Below, one piece after another: positions 24,162 to 36,696 of a stretch of DNA of 64,000 bases. Numbering within the stretch: the stretch's first letter is position 1; every line of letters begins with the position of its first letter. The notes beneath the pieces are model-generated. The model had not been told where the DNA came from. It worked only from the letters and a program-made list of their open reading frames with translations, and searched no databases. The position numbers and the translations under genes were made by a program. Origin of the DNA: Octopus bimaculoides (taxonomy: Eukaryota); the NCBI RefSeq assembly GCF_001194135.2, contig NC_068988.1:20803097-20867096 (forward strand), given 5' to 3'.

Positions 24162-24727
24162 AAGCAACAAACCAATAAGCTAGCCACTGGATCAAAAACT
24201 AATCAGACATAAATATCTTAGTGAAAAGATTATGCTTGCCATTCTAGCAAAGCAGTCAAAAATTAAATTAAGCTTCAGAGTAGAGCAAAAAATCTGGCAG
24301 AGAACGAGCAAGCTATTTACCATATTAGAAAGTAAGGGGTGAAAGAGTAAACATGCTGTAGTATAATATACGCTGAAAACTATGGATTGAAACTTACTAC
24401 AAGCAATGAAGTGTTCCCCTGGGCAAGATATATTAAGCTACTTTCCTTCACTCTATCCAGCCAACAATTAAAATATATAGAGCGATAAATTATTGATAAC
24501 CATATATTCAAGTAAAATGAATAAATTTGCAGGCACATGAAATCTATCTGAAAGACATGATAATGAAGAAAAAAGAAAAAAAAAATTAAATATCACTGAC
24601 TCCAAAAGGATAAACAAACACTACAAGCATGCCAAGAGAAGCTTAAACTACATGTGTGTATGTGTGTCTGTTTGTCTGTCTATAGATATAAGATCAATAC
24701 TGTATGTGTGTAGGTCCACATACATAT

Positions 24728-25110
24728 AATCATTTAACATTTTCCATGCTGGCAAGGACTAGACAGTTTGACAGGATCTGGCAAGTAGTCGGTCGGGTGG
24801 GAGCAAGCTCCTGTGTCAGTTTTGGCATGGTCTATACAACTGGATACCCTTCTTAACACCAACCACTGTACACAGTGTACTGGGTGCTTTTCTTGCGCCA
24901 CTGGTACTAGTGAAATTGCCAAGTAACTTTGCAGAGCAGGAAAAGGAACAAGAGAAGCACCCCGCCTACTTGACTAAATGGGGGAATGGGGTATTTGAGA
25001 GGTGGGGTGGGGGATGGCTTTATGCCAGGTGTTGAGAGGCCCAAGTACGATAGAGGGACAAGTGCAGATGTCTTGGTATAGAGAAGCTACATAGCTGGGG
25101 CATCCATTAT
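24728..25110 (-). mobile_element. Older RTE 3' tail subfamily
   Basis: catttaacatttccatgctgg...ctggatacccttcttaacaccaaccact; similar at 30110-30400(-) and 51040-51170(+). Confidence 0.65.
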
Positions 25111-25665
25111 TTCTTTATAGGTTGAGACCTACACCTATAAAATTCCCTGTAAAAGCCTAGGCAAAGTTTTTTGGGTTTTTTTTAAATCAAAGACAAGCTG
25201 TTACATGTCTCCCAAAGGCACCAATGTCACTTTAAGATGTGGTTATCAAAATATGAAGAGACCAAAAAAGTGCTGCAAATCATCTTGTCCAACTCTAACT
25301 ATTCCATCAGTCCAGCTCCCCGGGTGCTTAATTCGTTTATCAAACATGAAAGAGTGAAAAGGAAATCTGACTAAGAGAAAGAGAGTGCAGAGAGCCAGAA
25401 CAGATACTGCAGGGAATATCCTCACACACACACACACACACACAATTTTCTTTATAATTTTAAGAGCAAATAAGTTGTGCAAAAGATGGAAAAAAAAATA
25501 CCTATTTTCCAATATTTTTGTTATCTCCCTTTATACATCTGGCCCTGCTTTCTCAGCTACCAACCTAATTACAGAACGCATCACTTCTTACCAAACTCTA
25601 CTGCTTTGGCTCCATGTCTTAATAACCACGATATTGTACCTATTTCCAACTTGGTGATATCATAT

Positions 25666-25888
25666 TTAACCCTTTAGCATTCACATTATTCTGTCGAAAG
25701 TAGCACTTATTTATTCGCGTTTTGAATGAATCTTGCATAAGCTTTTAGCATTGTGATTTTGGTAAGATAACTTTATATTCAGAATGATATTGTAGGGTTG
25801 GTGAGAGAAGCTTGAACTGGCCAGTTTGAACATAAAACAGGTAGAATATTTGTGCAAGATATGACCAGTTTAAATACTAATGGGTTAA
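25666..25888. mobile_element. piggyBac-type MITE, family P1
   Basis: TTAA-ccctttagcatt ... aatactaatggg-TTAA; homologous to 43697-43925, 54212-54439, 57138-57298 and 37370-37560. Confidence 0.8.
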
Positions 25889-26060
25889 ACAGACACTGAG
25901 ACTACTTTGGGATGAAGTATATCAAGTCTAAAGACCATTACAAATGTGTAAGCTGGCTACAATGCAATGTACTTAACAGCTGCTATTCTGGAGTTTTCTT
26001 TTCCAGATATTTAGCAGGTGTTCTAATAAGGAGTTCTTGTGAAGAGGCAATTAATATATC

Positions 26061-26266
26061 TACTCTTTACTTTTTTACTATTTTACTTGTTACAGTCATT
26101 TGACTGCGGCCATGCTGGAGCACCCCCTTTAGTCGAGCAAATCGACCCCAGGACTTATTCTTTGTAAGCCTAGTACTTAATCTATCGGTCTCTTTTTGCC
26201 GAACCGCTAAGTTACGGGGACGTAAATACACCAGCATCGGCTGTCAAGCGATGTTGCGGGGGACAA

Positions 26267-26309
<43 letters not shown>

Positions 26310-26346
26310 CGATGGGCTTCTTTCAGTTTCCGTCTACCAAATCCAT
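26061..26346 (-). mobile_element. Family A SINE, head missing
   Basis: Tail and microsatellite intact; stops at ctaccaaatcca. Confidence 0.88.
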
Positions 26347-27427
26347 TGGAAGAAATGCCACTAAGCATTTTTTTTCCGGCATGGTAATGATTCAGCCAGC
26401 TTGTTGCCTTACACACACAATGAAATATTATATGTACATAACAGATGCAGTAAAGTCGGTGATAAAGCTGTCAATACCAAGAAGTTCTAAAGGAAGTTAA
26501 TGGACAATGACTACCCAGCATCCTTTGCTAAACAACGAAGCTTGGTAATATAATAACCAAAGAAGGTTTACATCAAAGCCAATATTTCACATTTTAAAAT
26601 GCCACATTTTAATGATAGAATAGAATAACTGCTGCAATTTTGGAGGGAGTGACAGAATATACAGTAATCACACACTGCAGCTTCTGTGAAAAAATACCCA
26701 CCTGAGAGACAACCTACATACAGCAACAATGTTTGCATGTTTCTGTCTGCCTCATGAGCATTGTGGACCTTTGTTCATGGGACAACATAATATACCTTAA
26801 AATTTGTAATCAACGCAGTTGATCTCTCTCATTGGTTGCACGATTTGCAGGCAGCATATCCACATTAAGAATTGCATTTATACAAAAGCCCCTTCTCTCA
26901 AAAAAACATCTGGAAAGATGTCATATGATCACATGATCACAGCTACTGTCGAGGCTACAGAAAGAAATTTTGGAAATCTGAGGATTGTAGAAGTTCTCAT
27001 TCTATTAACAAAGGACATGATCTAAGCTACGCTGATAATCTGATTTAATACAACCAGCATGCACCATCACACTTCCTCCTCTATAATGTCAGCATTTCAA
27101 AAAATAACTGATTGGTTATTATAACTGTGCAGACAATTAGCCCTATTTCCACTTTCTTAACAGATTTTTAAAACCAGAATATTGAAATATATGGAGAAGT
27201 GTATGTGTGTGTGTGTGCACGCACACTCCCATCTTAATTTCACGTGCTGATTGTAAACGAACATGTTTGTTTTCAGTCTTTCATCAAAAATATGCCTCGT
27301 CACAGGAAGTATTATTCTGCTTGGTAAACAGGTGAGGTTTAGTGACAGGAAGGGCATTCAGTCACAGAAAATCTAACTCAATGAATTCAGTCTGGTCAAT
27401 GCAAGCATGGGAAAGAGGATGTTAAAT

Positions 27428-27481
27428 GGAATAAAATGGTCGGTATATATATATATATATATATACCGACCATTTTATTCC
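27428..27481. repeat. Perfect 54-bp palindrome centred on (TA)n
   Basis: ggaataaaatggtcgg-(ta)n-ccgaccattttattcc. Confidence 0.92.
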
Positions 27482-29102
27482 CTTAGGGATAATACCAATG
27501 TTTTCTTCGAAACATGATGGAAGTATAAAGATTTGAATAACACCTGCATTTAACTCCACTTCTTAATTCATATATATATATATACATACATATGTATATA
27601 TAGGCTTTTGGTTGACCAATGGTCCACAAGTGAAGTTTAGTGTCTGGAAACTGTGTTGAAACACAGTTTCTGGCTCCCGAACTTGTGCGTATGCGTGTGT
27701 GTGCGCACACCCACACAGTTAAAACTTTGAGGGAATCAATCTTACCAATAAAACATGTGCACCGGTTATAGTGGACTCTAGTTTTAACTACTCCATTAAG
27801 TTATTGATTGATTAGCCTGTTTGTTTTGTTGGTTGAAAATAATTTCATTTCACATATGTGACCTTCTCCATTGTTTTTGTTGTTTGCATGTTGCTAAGCA
27901 TTATTTATGCTTTTCTTCTTGGGTTTGTTATTTATTTGAATATTGTTGCTAAGTGTCATTTATTTTGCCAAGCACGTATGTGTGTATGTGTGCTTTTACT
28001 AGTAGAATAACCTGTCCAAAGAATAATGATAAATGCTTCAACACACTTTCACATTACAAATTTTGCAAATCAAATATGAAACTGAGAGAGTGATGGAAAG
28101 GGGTGGTGTCTTTCACATCTATGGAAACACAACTGCAGATATAAGTCATGTGTTTGTATATATATATAAAACATAGAAAGACACATTCACATACATCCAG
28201 ACCGATAGTGGTTGTAGATAAAATTAGTGGGGGTGTTGCTTCAGAAAATTTTTGGCCGTTGTTTTAATATTGTGTAAAAGGAAACAAACATATAAAAAGA
28301 AAAATTTACACAAAAACTTGATCAGTTCACGCTTTAGCCACTACTGGGTAATGTGTTTAATTCATTCACTGAACATTGCCACAAATTCCCCTTTGCTTTA
28401 CAAAAATCCCCTCTAAATCACAAAATAAGGTGAGGAAATGTGCCCTATTTTACAAATCCTAGCAGCAACACTGAAGATAGAAGCAGGATAATAATCTAAT
28501 TCTACACTATATCACATTCACGAACATAGACATGTTTTTAAGCACAACACACGAGGGAGTCATAAAGAAACACTACTTTTCACCCGGCACTGTCGTTCAC
28601 ACAGTGCTCTCTCTCCCTAGTGTGAAGCTTCCTATCTCGGACATGTGAGCATGTGCACAATCAACAGCTAAACACCACATCGCTGGAACTGTGAAACGCA
28701 CAGTTCTATACAAGGATTTTTGTATTGTTTTTCATAAACTAAGGGATGGCTACTAACATTAAGCTTAAGGATTATATAATGTACAAGTATAAAGAAAGAA
28801 TTAAAGAAAAAAGAACTCATTATATTGAATGTTATCGATAATATTGAGTGGAAATAGGGGATGCTGCAGTTCTGCAGTTTCTATACACAGGCCGCCACCG
28901 ATCCAGACATAGATAGATATCAGTGAAATAATTATCATTGTGCAAAGGAATATTATGGCACATTTATAGGATATCAAATAGTGGATAAACAAGTACATTT
29001 TACTATCTCTCTGGTCATACTTTAAATAGTTCTGGAATATTCTAGCCTGATATTACAATGGCAGAGTGCATATCTTTTCAAATGGACATGAGTATCACAG
29101 AT

Positions 29103-29138
<36 letters not shown>

Positions 29139-29689
29139 GAACAAATAGTGGGAAATTAATTTTCTTAGGTTGTTCAATTTTCCTCAGTTGATCAATAGAC
29201 CAGTTGAGTAAACCTATCAGTAATAAACCTGTAATGACTACTGGAAACAGCTGTAAGCCAAATTTGCTCCAATAGAGATAAAATATGTAATGACCATTAT
29301 TTTTTAACATGTTTCTTATACAAATGTATGTGTGTATGTGTTAGAAATTAAATATTTTCATTTTCTGATATAGCGATTTAATATTNNNNNNNNNNNNNNN
29401 NNNNNNNNNNNNNNNNNNNNNNNNNNNNNNNNNNNNNNNNNNNNNNNNNNNNNNNNNNNNNNNNNNNNNNNNNNNNNNNNNNNNNNNNNNNNNNNNNNNN
29501 NNNNNNNNNNNNNNNNNNNNNNNNNNNNNNNNNNNNNNNNNNNNNNNNNNNNNNNNNNNNNNNNNNNNNNNNNNNNNNNNNNNNNNNNNNNNNNNNNNNN
29601 NNNNNNNNNNNNNNNNNNNNNNNNNNNNNNNNNNNNNNNNNNNNNNNNNNNNNNNNNNNNNNNNNNNNNNNNNNNNNNNNNNNNNNNNN

Positions 29690-29732
<43 letters not shown>

Positions 29733-30474
29733 GTATGTGTGCGTATGTTGATAGGCATATACGCACACACACAAATGTAAAGGTTAAATGGTGACATTTA
29801 GAGCAAAGATGAAGAACAATAATATAGAACACACAACTAAGTCAATCAGTAAGTTGCCGACTTTGAAGCAATTCTGATGCACACACAACAACAACAAAAA
29901 AGGAAAGAAAAGAGAAAAAAAAGACTTGATTCTAGATAGATTAAAAACCTACATCAGTATACTGAAACATTATCTTTTGATCGAATATAATTCAATGAAC
30001 GTAACCCAAAGGAAAAGGATCACACAAGATTAGATATGATTTGTCCAGCCAACAAATATATCATCAAGCCAGCATAGAAAACCAATGTTTTCATCAGATG
30101 ATAATCATAATCATCATGATTATGATGATGATTGTGATGATGGTGGATGCTTTTATATCAGTTTTCCATTCAGGCATGGGTTGGATAGGTTTGTTGTAGT
30201 CTAGCATTTGCCACTGTGTCACAGTCCTTTGTCATTTGAAATGCAGAACAGATGAAAACTACCAATCTTTGATGTGGTGTAGGCCATGATTTTTCATAGC
30301 TGGATGCTCACATTCACTGTGCATGGACTGGGTTGTTTTATCAAGCCACCAACACTGTATTATGGCCATATCTGAAGAAGCAGAAATCTGGCAAACATAG
30401 CCATCAAAAGAAACATAGAGAGTAGAAGATCATGAGGCAAGCAAAGAATGCAATGGACAGACAATTTTTTTTTT

Positions 30475-30843
30475 TGTTCTTGGCACTCCGTCGCTTACGA
30501 CGGCGAGGGTTCCAGTTGATCCGATCAACGGAACAGCCTGCTCGTGAAATTAACGTGCAAGTGGCTGAGCACTCCACAGACACGTGTACCCTTAACGTAG
30601 TTCTTGGGGATATTCAGCGTGACACAGTGTGACAAGGCTGACCCTTTGAATTACAGGCACAACAGAAACAGGAAGAAAGAGTGAGAGAAAGTTGTGGTGA
30701 AAGAGTACAGCAGGGTTCGTCACCATCCCTTGCCGGAGTCTCGTGGAGCTTTAGGTGTTTTCGCTCAATAAACACTCACAACACCCGGTCTGGGAATCAA
30801 AACCGCAATCCTATGACCACGAGTCCACTGCCCTAACCACTGG
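30475..30843 (-). mobile_element. Family B SINE, near full length
   Basis: Collinear with 7288-7677. Confidence 0.9.
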
Positions 30844-31754
30844 ACAATATCAAGAGCTGGTTGGACGAGAGTGGCAAGGGGATCTGGGGAAATCCCGCTT
30901 AACTGAGAAGATTTTCATTGTCATGTCATCAATGCGCTACAAGCATATGATACATAACGATGATGAAGTGATTGAAGAGTCATGAGTTTATATCCAACAC
31001 CGTGTACTGTGTTGTGACCTGAAGAGGACACTGAATAACAATGCCCCACCCCAAGCCTATTTATTATGCAACAAGTTAGGTAAGAAATCTTGGAGCCGAA
31101 GATTGTCACTAACACAAAAGCTAAGCTGTTCTGTTGTTGAGATCTCTAATGAGCATAACTGAGTCAGGTGATCTTCCTATCAACAGCAGCCAATGGGGGA
31201 GCCTCTGAACATTTACTCAACCTGCCAGAAATAGCAAGTAAAATTCTTTTAAGTCATATATCAATCCAATTGGACAATGTAATCGTGGGTATGCAAGTAA
31301 ACAGGATGTTCAAGGTTGAAATACCTTTTGAACAAAAGTCTACCCAGTCAGAGTTGACCTGGTATAAAACAACAACAGCCACTACCTTATAAAAACTTGA
31401 GTAGGAATAAGGTAGCTGATATGAAATATATGTACGGTTATGAATTTTGTTGTATGTACTACATGACAGAAGTGTGGGAGTATATGCAGGTAATAATAAA
31501 AATAAAAAGTGAGGAGGTAAAGCCTTTCAGGATTTGGTCACAGAATAAACACCTTAATGAGACACACCAGGAAAAAATACATTTGTTGTATTACAAGGGA
31601 GAAGTACTGAGGAACAGAATGAAAAGTTTCTCAAGTCAATGACATAGATTTGACAAGTGAAAAAACAAAGAAATGTCAAACTGCAAGAATCATCCAAAAC
31701 GTCTTGACAGCATCAAGATTGGTAGTTAGATATATTTTCTTGAAAATTCACTAT

Positions 31755-31905
31755 CTATTATTATTATTACCATTATTATCATTATTACAGCTATTATTAT
31801 TATTATTATTATTATAGCTATTATTATTATTATTATTATTACAACTATTATTATTATTATTATTATTACAACTATTATTATTATTATCATTATTATTATT
31901 ACAAC

Positions 31906-31951
<46 letters not shown>
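31755..31951. repeat. Complex (ATT)n satellite with periodic acaact/atagct interruptions
   Basis: Direct inspection; source of the poly-I and poly-N ORFs. Confidence 0.92.
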
Positions 31952-31953
<2 letters not shown>

Positions 31954-32166
31954 GAAGGCCATGAGCTGGCAGAATCATTAGCACACTGGACGAAATGCTT
32001 AGCAGTATTTCACCTATCGCTATGTTCGGAGTTCAAATTGCACCGAGGTTGACTTTACCTTTCATCCTTTCGGAGTCAATAAATTAAGTACCAGTTGAGT
32101 ACTGGGGTCGATGCAATAGACTATCCCGCTCCCCAAATTTCAGGCCTGGTGCTTATAGTAGAAAGG

Positions 32167-32211
<45 letters not shown>

Positions 32212-32334
32212 GGTCAACATGGCCATTCATCTTTTCAGGGTTGATTAAGTACCAGTTTAGCACTGGAGTCAATGAAATAAGCTAACCCTCATCCCCACCA
32301 AAAAATTTCAGGTCTTGTTTCTATAGTTCAAAGA

Positions 32335-32381
<47 letters not shown>

Positions 32382-32850
32382 TGTAAAGGCAGTGAGCTAG
32401 CAGACTCTGTAGCATGGCAGATAAAATACTTAGTAGCATTTCATCTGTCTTTGAGTTCTGAGTTTAAATGTCACCAGGGTCAACTTTACCGTTCATCTGT
32501 TCAAGGTCAATAAAATAATTACCAGATGGGTGGGGGGAATCAACTTACCCCCTCCCCTGAAATTGTTGGCCTTGTGCCAAAATTTGAAACCATTATCGTT
32601 GTTGTTGTTGATGTTGTTATTAAATGTGGCAAACTGACGGAATCATTGCCATACCAGACAAAATGCTTAGCAGCATTTCTTCTGGCTCTTAACATTCTGA
32701 GTTCAAATCCTGCTGAGGTCAAATTTATCTATCATTCTTTCAGGATCAATTAAATAAAGTACCAATTAAGTATAAGGGGTCAATCTTACTGACAAATCCA
32801 CTCCCTTCAAAAATGCTGGCCTTGTGCCTAAAGCAGAAACAATTATTATG
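31952..32850 (+). mobile_element. Head-to-tail train of four family G SINEs
   Basis: Units at about 31952, 32212, 32384 and 32620, each ending ccttgtgc..-type tail plus (ATT)n or (GTT)n. Confidence 0.8.
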
Positions 32851-32857
32851 TTTATTA

Positions 32858-32950
32858 GCCTGGTGTTGCCATCCGGTTTCACCAGTCCTCAGTCAAATCG
32901 TCCAACCCATGCTAGCATGGAAGGCGGACGTTAAACGAACGAAACGAACG
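32858..32950 (+). mobile_element. Family C RTE tail, extreme 3' fragment
   Basis: gcctggtgttgccatccggtttcaccagtcctcagtc...ggacgttaaacgaacgaaacgaacg. Confidence 0.88.
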
Positions 32951-33621
32951 ATTGTGGAGTGGAAAAATTAATTGAATACTTTAGGGATAAAAAAACACCT
33001 TGCAACAAATTACTGTTTAGCTTCAAACCAACTCAGATCGAACATATCTATAAAAATCAAAATAAGTTCTACTCCTAACCATTCCAGCTCTATTTTTCAG
33101 AAATATGTACAACTACTTTATCTGATGTGTTTTTCATTTACTTGAAATAGAAGATATTATTTGAGAAAAGACTTGGCTATTATTTCTAGAAGTAACAACC
33201 AGTTGAGTGTCTATGTAGAGACATACTCATTGGTTACATTCAGAAATAGTTCAATTCCAGGAGAGCCAACTTCATGTTACATTTCTATGAAAATTCTACT
33301 ATTTTCTACTAGAAAATAATTAAGATTTATTACTGAATACTATAAGGCTTCAGTCGGTGGTAGATTTCTGCAAGTACTTTTCAATAGATCTTAATAACAT
33401 GGGGTTATGTTCCCTGTATTCAGATCTTATTTCCTTTTTGTTACATAGTATAACATCTCTTTCACTCCACAGGTCTGTTATTGCTAGTTCCTAGAGAAGT
33501 TGGTTCATTTTCAAACGACTGAATTTCATGTCATCATTGTGTGCTGGATATAGCCGTAAACATAAGTAACGGTTCTGTCTTGCTTGTATGAACACCTCAA
33601 GTGCACCTATTGTTTTCTCAC

Positions 33622-33702
33622 CAGTTCTAAAATACTGATTTCTAAGACAGTCATTTAAATCAACCTCTATATTTGACTGGTAGTTATTTTGATCAACTCT
33701 CT
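33622..33702 (-). CDS. Candidate 81-nt symmetric exon RVDQNNYQSNIEVDLNDCLRNQYFRT
   Basis: ttttgttag| acceptor, actg|gtgaga donor, phase 1-1; lies within the 74-aa ORF 33491-33715. Confidence 0.25.
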
Positions 33703-34406
33703 CTAACAAAAACACTAGTCAAAATCCCATTCAGCACAGTTTGAAATCGGAACATGAAGAGACAATTTCAAACCCCATTGACTTCCTGTTTACTTCTTTC
33801 CGTCAAGGCAAAATTCCTGGTGCTATTCCGGGTGGGTTATGGCCCCTGCTGTTTTCTGAGAAAAGCTTTAGTCATCATCATCATCATCATCATCACCACC
33901 ACCACCACAGAGACTTTGAATTCACTTTACCAGAATGAAAAACATAGAGGTTTGTGATGGTGCTCTCGCAAATGTTGAATTACTCACTGCTGATCCCCAC
34001 ATTGCTTTTGACACCATACACATGGCATAAACAACTGGAACAAACTTTTACACACAGCTGGAGTTTTCATTGCTCACCAGTTTTTGCAATGTGTCTGCAT
34101 ACGTGCACACTTGTGTGAGTCAGTGAATGAATAAAGAACCATTTTTGTTTACATGTTATGACAATGGCTTGCTCACCCAAAATATATTACGCTCTGTTTA
34201 TGTAAAATATTAACACAATCATTTTCTAAGTAATTTTCTAATTTATAGATCAGTGACTAGTTGTCACTTGGAAAACTATATATTTCGAACGGGAATTTGG
34301 CAGCGCCACCTCTAGCCAAACAATTATTCTGTGTTGATGAAGAGAAATAACCCAGAAATCATGATACACAGATATTGTTTTGAGCTGAGTTGGGTGCTAG
34401 ATTCCT

Positions 34407-34515
34407 TTCGTTGTCGTTTAACGTCCGCTTTCCATGCTAGCATGGGTTGGACAATTTGACTGAGTGTAGTGGATGCTTTTACGTGCCATCGGCACGAAGG
34501 CCAGTCAGGCGGTAC
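34407..34515 (-). mobile_element. Family C RTE tail with internal deletion
   Basis: tttgactgag joined directly to tgtagtgg; about 95 nt of consensus missing. Confidence 0.82.
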
Positions 34516-35362
34516 CTTATTTTAAACTAATCATTTGTCTGAAATTTTCTTTCAATAAAAATAGACTCAAGTTGTGTAACAGAACATATTTTCCCCTCAA
34601 TTTGGTTCATTATGTCAAAAGTAAAGATATAGTAAAGAGCTATGTACAAATATTGTACGAAAATATAAGGACACAGATCATGTCGTATAGCCAGCTGGAG
34701 ATGATGTCTCCTGGGGCTAAATTACAGCAACATTTGTCCTAAACCAGGACTGCCATGTTATGTTGGCAAACAATCTTTACTACATAGTACTGTTGCTGAA
34801 TATCTCACGTTATGATATTTAAAAATAGTAACAATCATTCATGTACACACAGGGCATTTTAACCTACAATACTTGAGAAACTATATGTAACCTTAAAATA
34901 AGACCACTGGTTTTGTTTTGTTTTGTTTTTTTTTTTTGTTTTTTTTACCCAGACAGTAAGAACCCGTAAAAGATATTCCAAAGACAAAACACACATAGAC
35001 ACATGTTTATCTATATAGGTCCAAAACCCAAACTGTGTTTCTCATGAAATATAGTATCAAATTACAAGATAACTATATCTGAAGGTCATTCAAAAAAATA
35101 TAAAAACCCCCCATTTCTTCTAAGAAATACTCCCTTCAGGTCACTTAGCAACTGCATTTCAGTTTACTGTTTTATCAACATTTTATTAGTGAACACTGAA
35201 CACTCCAAGATGCTCCAGCTTCCACTGGTTTCATGGCTCATCACTTGTGAAATAATTACAAACTAATGTCCTGAGATTTTAGCTGTACAGCAAACTGAAC
35301 AACAAATGGCTAGAATAAAATTTATGTTACTCCAAAATCCTACGTATCCCATCTTAGCATAC

Positions 35363-35440
35363 CGCTCGCTGACCTTTTATCTTTCCTTTCATACTAACAC
35401 ACAATTCCCCAGCTTCATGGAAATATGCCAGTATTTTCTT
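35363..35440 (-). CDS. Candidate 78-nt exon KKILAYFHEAGELCVSMKGKIKGQRA
   Basis: gtctttcttctcttttaag| acceptor, gcg|gtatgc donor, phase 0-0, only one frame open. Confidence 0.35.
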
Positions 35441-35749
35441 CTTAAAAGAGAAGAAAGACATCAAAATACAGCTTTATCTTAAATTCATTTTTACATATCT
35501 ACTCCAAAACACACACACACAAAAAAATTAGATAAAATAAAACCAACCATCCAATTCTAGAAAGGAATAATTTCACTGTTGTAGTACTTTCTTGCACTAT
35601 GAAAATAAGGAGCGACCAACCATAATTTATAACATCTAAAAAAAATTATCTATTTCTAAGCAACTTTGCATCAAAAGACTGTTATGAAGAACTAAAATTT
35701 CTAGTTTGGTTGTACAAATCTTATGCAAATAATGTAAGAAATTTTCTAA

Positions 35750-35875
35750 AATTATGAACTGTATGTCTTTAGGATAAATGTCTTTAGGACAAATGTCTTT
35801 TGGATAAATTTCTTTTGGATAAACTTTTTCAGGATAAATTATGAATTGTATGTCTTTAGGATAAATTTCATTTCA
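35750..35875. repeat. 15-bp minisatellite (atgtctttaggataa) x5-6
   Basis: Units read directly; attatgaaytgtatgtctttaggataaat occurs twice. Confidence 0.85.
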
Positions 35876-36439
35876 TTTGTTTAACTGCACTAAAATGCAG
35901 TCAATTCTAAAAATAAAAAAATATTTTTCCTTCTTTAAGAGGAAATATACAAACTAAAGGCAAAATTTGAAAGGAACAAAAGGCAGAAAATTTTCAGTTA
36001 TCTGAAAGTGGAAAATTACATAAAAGTGGACTTTGGAAACCTGCTTGAACTAGAATTTTCCTAACACCAAAATTCATGCTAAATAAAAAATTTTTAAATT
36101 CTGTTTCATCTCTATCCAAATTTTTACATTTCCAACATTTTTTTTTTGTTTTGCCATTTTATATTTATGGGAGAGATGGGTTTTTATTAATGCATTTCCT
36201 TTTACAGCTGAATGATACATTCCTTCAATAAACCACTCAGCTGTGAAATACAAATGGAACAGTAGGGGAAAGATAGAGTAGCTATATGCTTTGCCTAAGC
36301 CCACAACACATTAAATCTCAACAATGTGGTTAGCAGACCAGCAACATAATTGCACAACAGCCAAGTGAATTTCTAATAAACAACAAAATAGGACCCATAT
36401 GGTGTTTATCAGAGAAAATACATTAGTTCTACAGGTTGG

Positions 36440-36696
36440 CCAACTGCCCCTTTTACAACCATATTCTAATGAAATACACTACCTATGTGTTTCGATTAAC
36501 TTTGAAAATAATCAAGAATTTGGAAGGATTCACTAAAGCAAACGTTTTCATTAAGCTGGTGTTTGAAACTCAACAAAAATGTTCTTACATAAATCATGAT
36601 GGGAAGTTTTAATTTAAACACAAACACTTTAAAATAGGTGGTTTTGTACTACAGAACTAAGGGTAGTCTCAGAGATGATGGTACCAAAACGGTTAG
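36440..36696. mobile_element. Diverged piggyBac-type MITE related to P2
   Basis: ttttcattaagctggtgtt...tttgtactacagaac...ggtaccaaaacggttag; similar remnant at 39590-39793. Confidence 0.5.

Noticed and set aside
25550-25660. Region with several open frames (WLLRHGAKAVEF on minus; YQPNYRTHHF.. on plus)
   Set aside because: Conflicting strands, and the minus acceptor lacks a pyrimidine tract.
16128-29965. Identical 15-mer catcagtatactgaa (containing a 12-bp palindrome) near 16128 and 29951
   Set aside because: A 15-bp AT-rich match is expected by chance in 64 kb.
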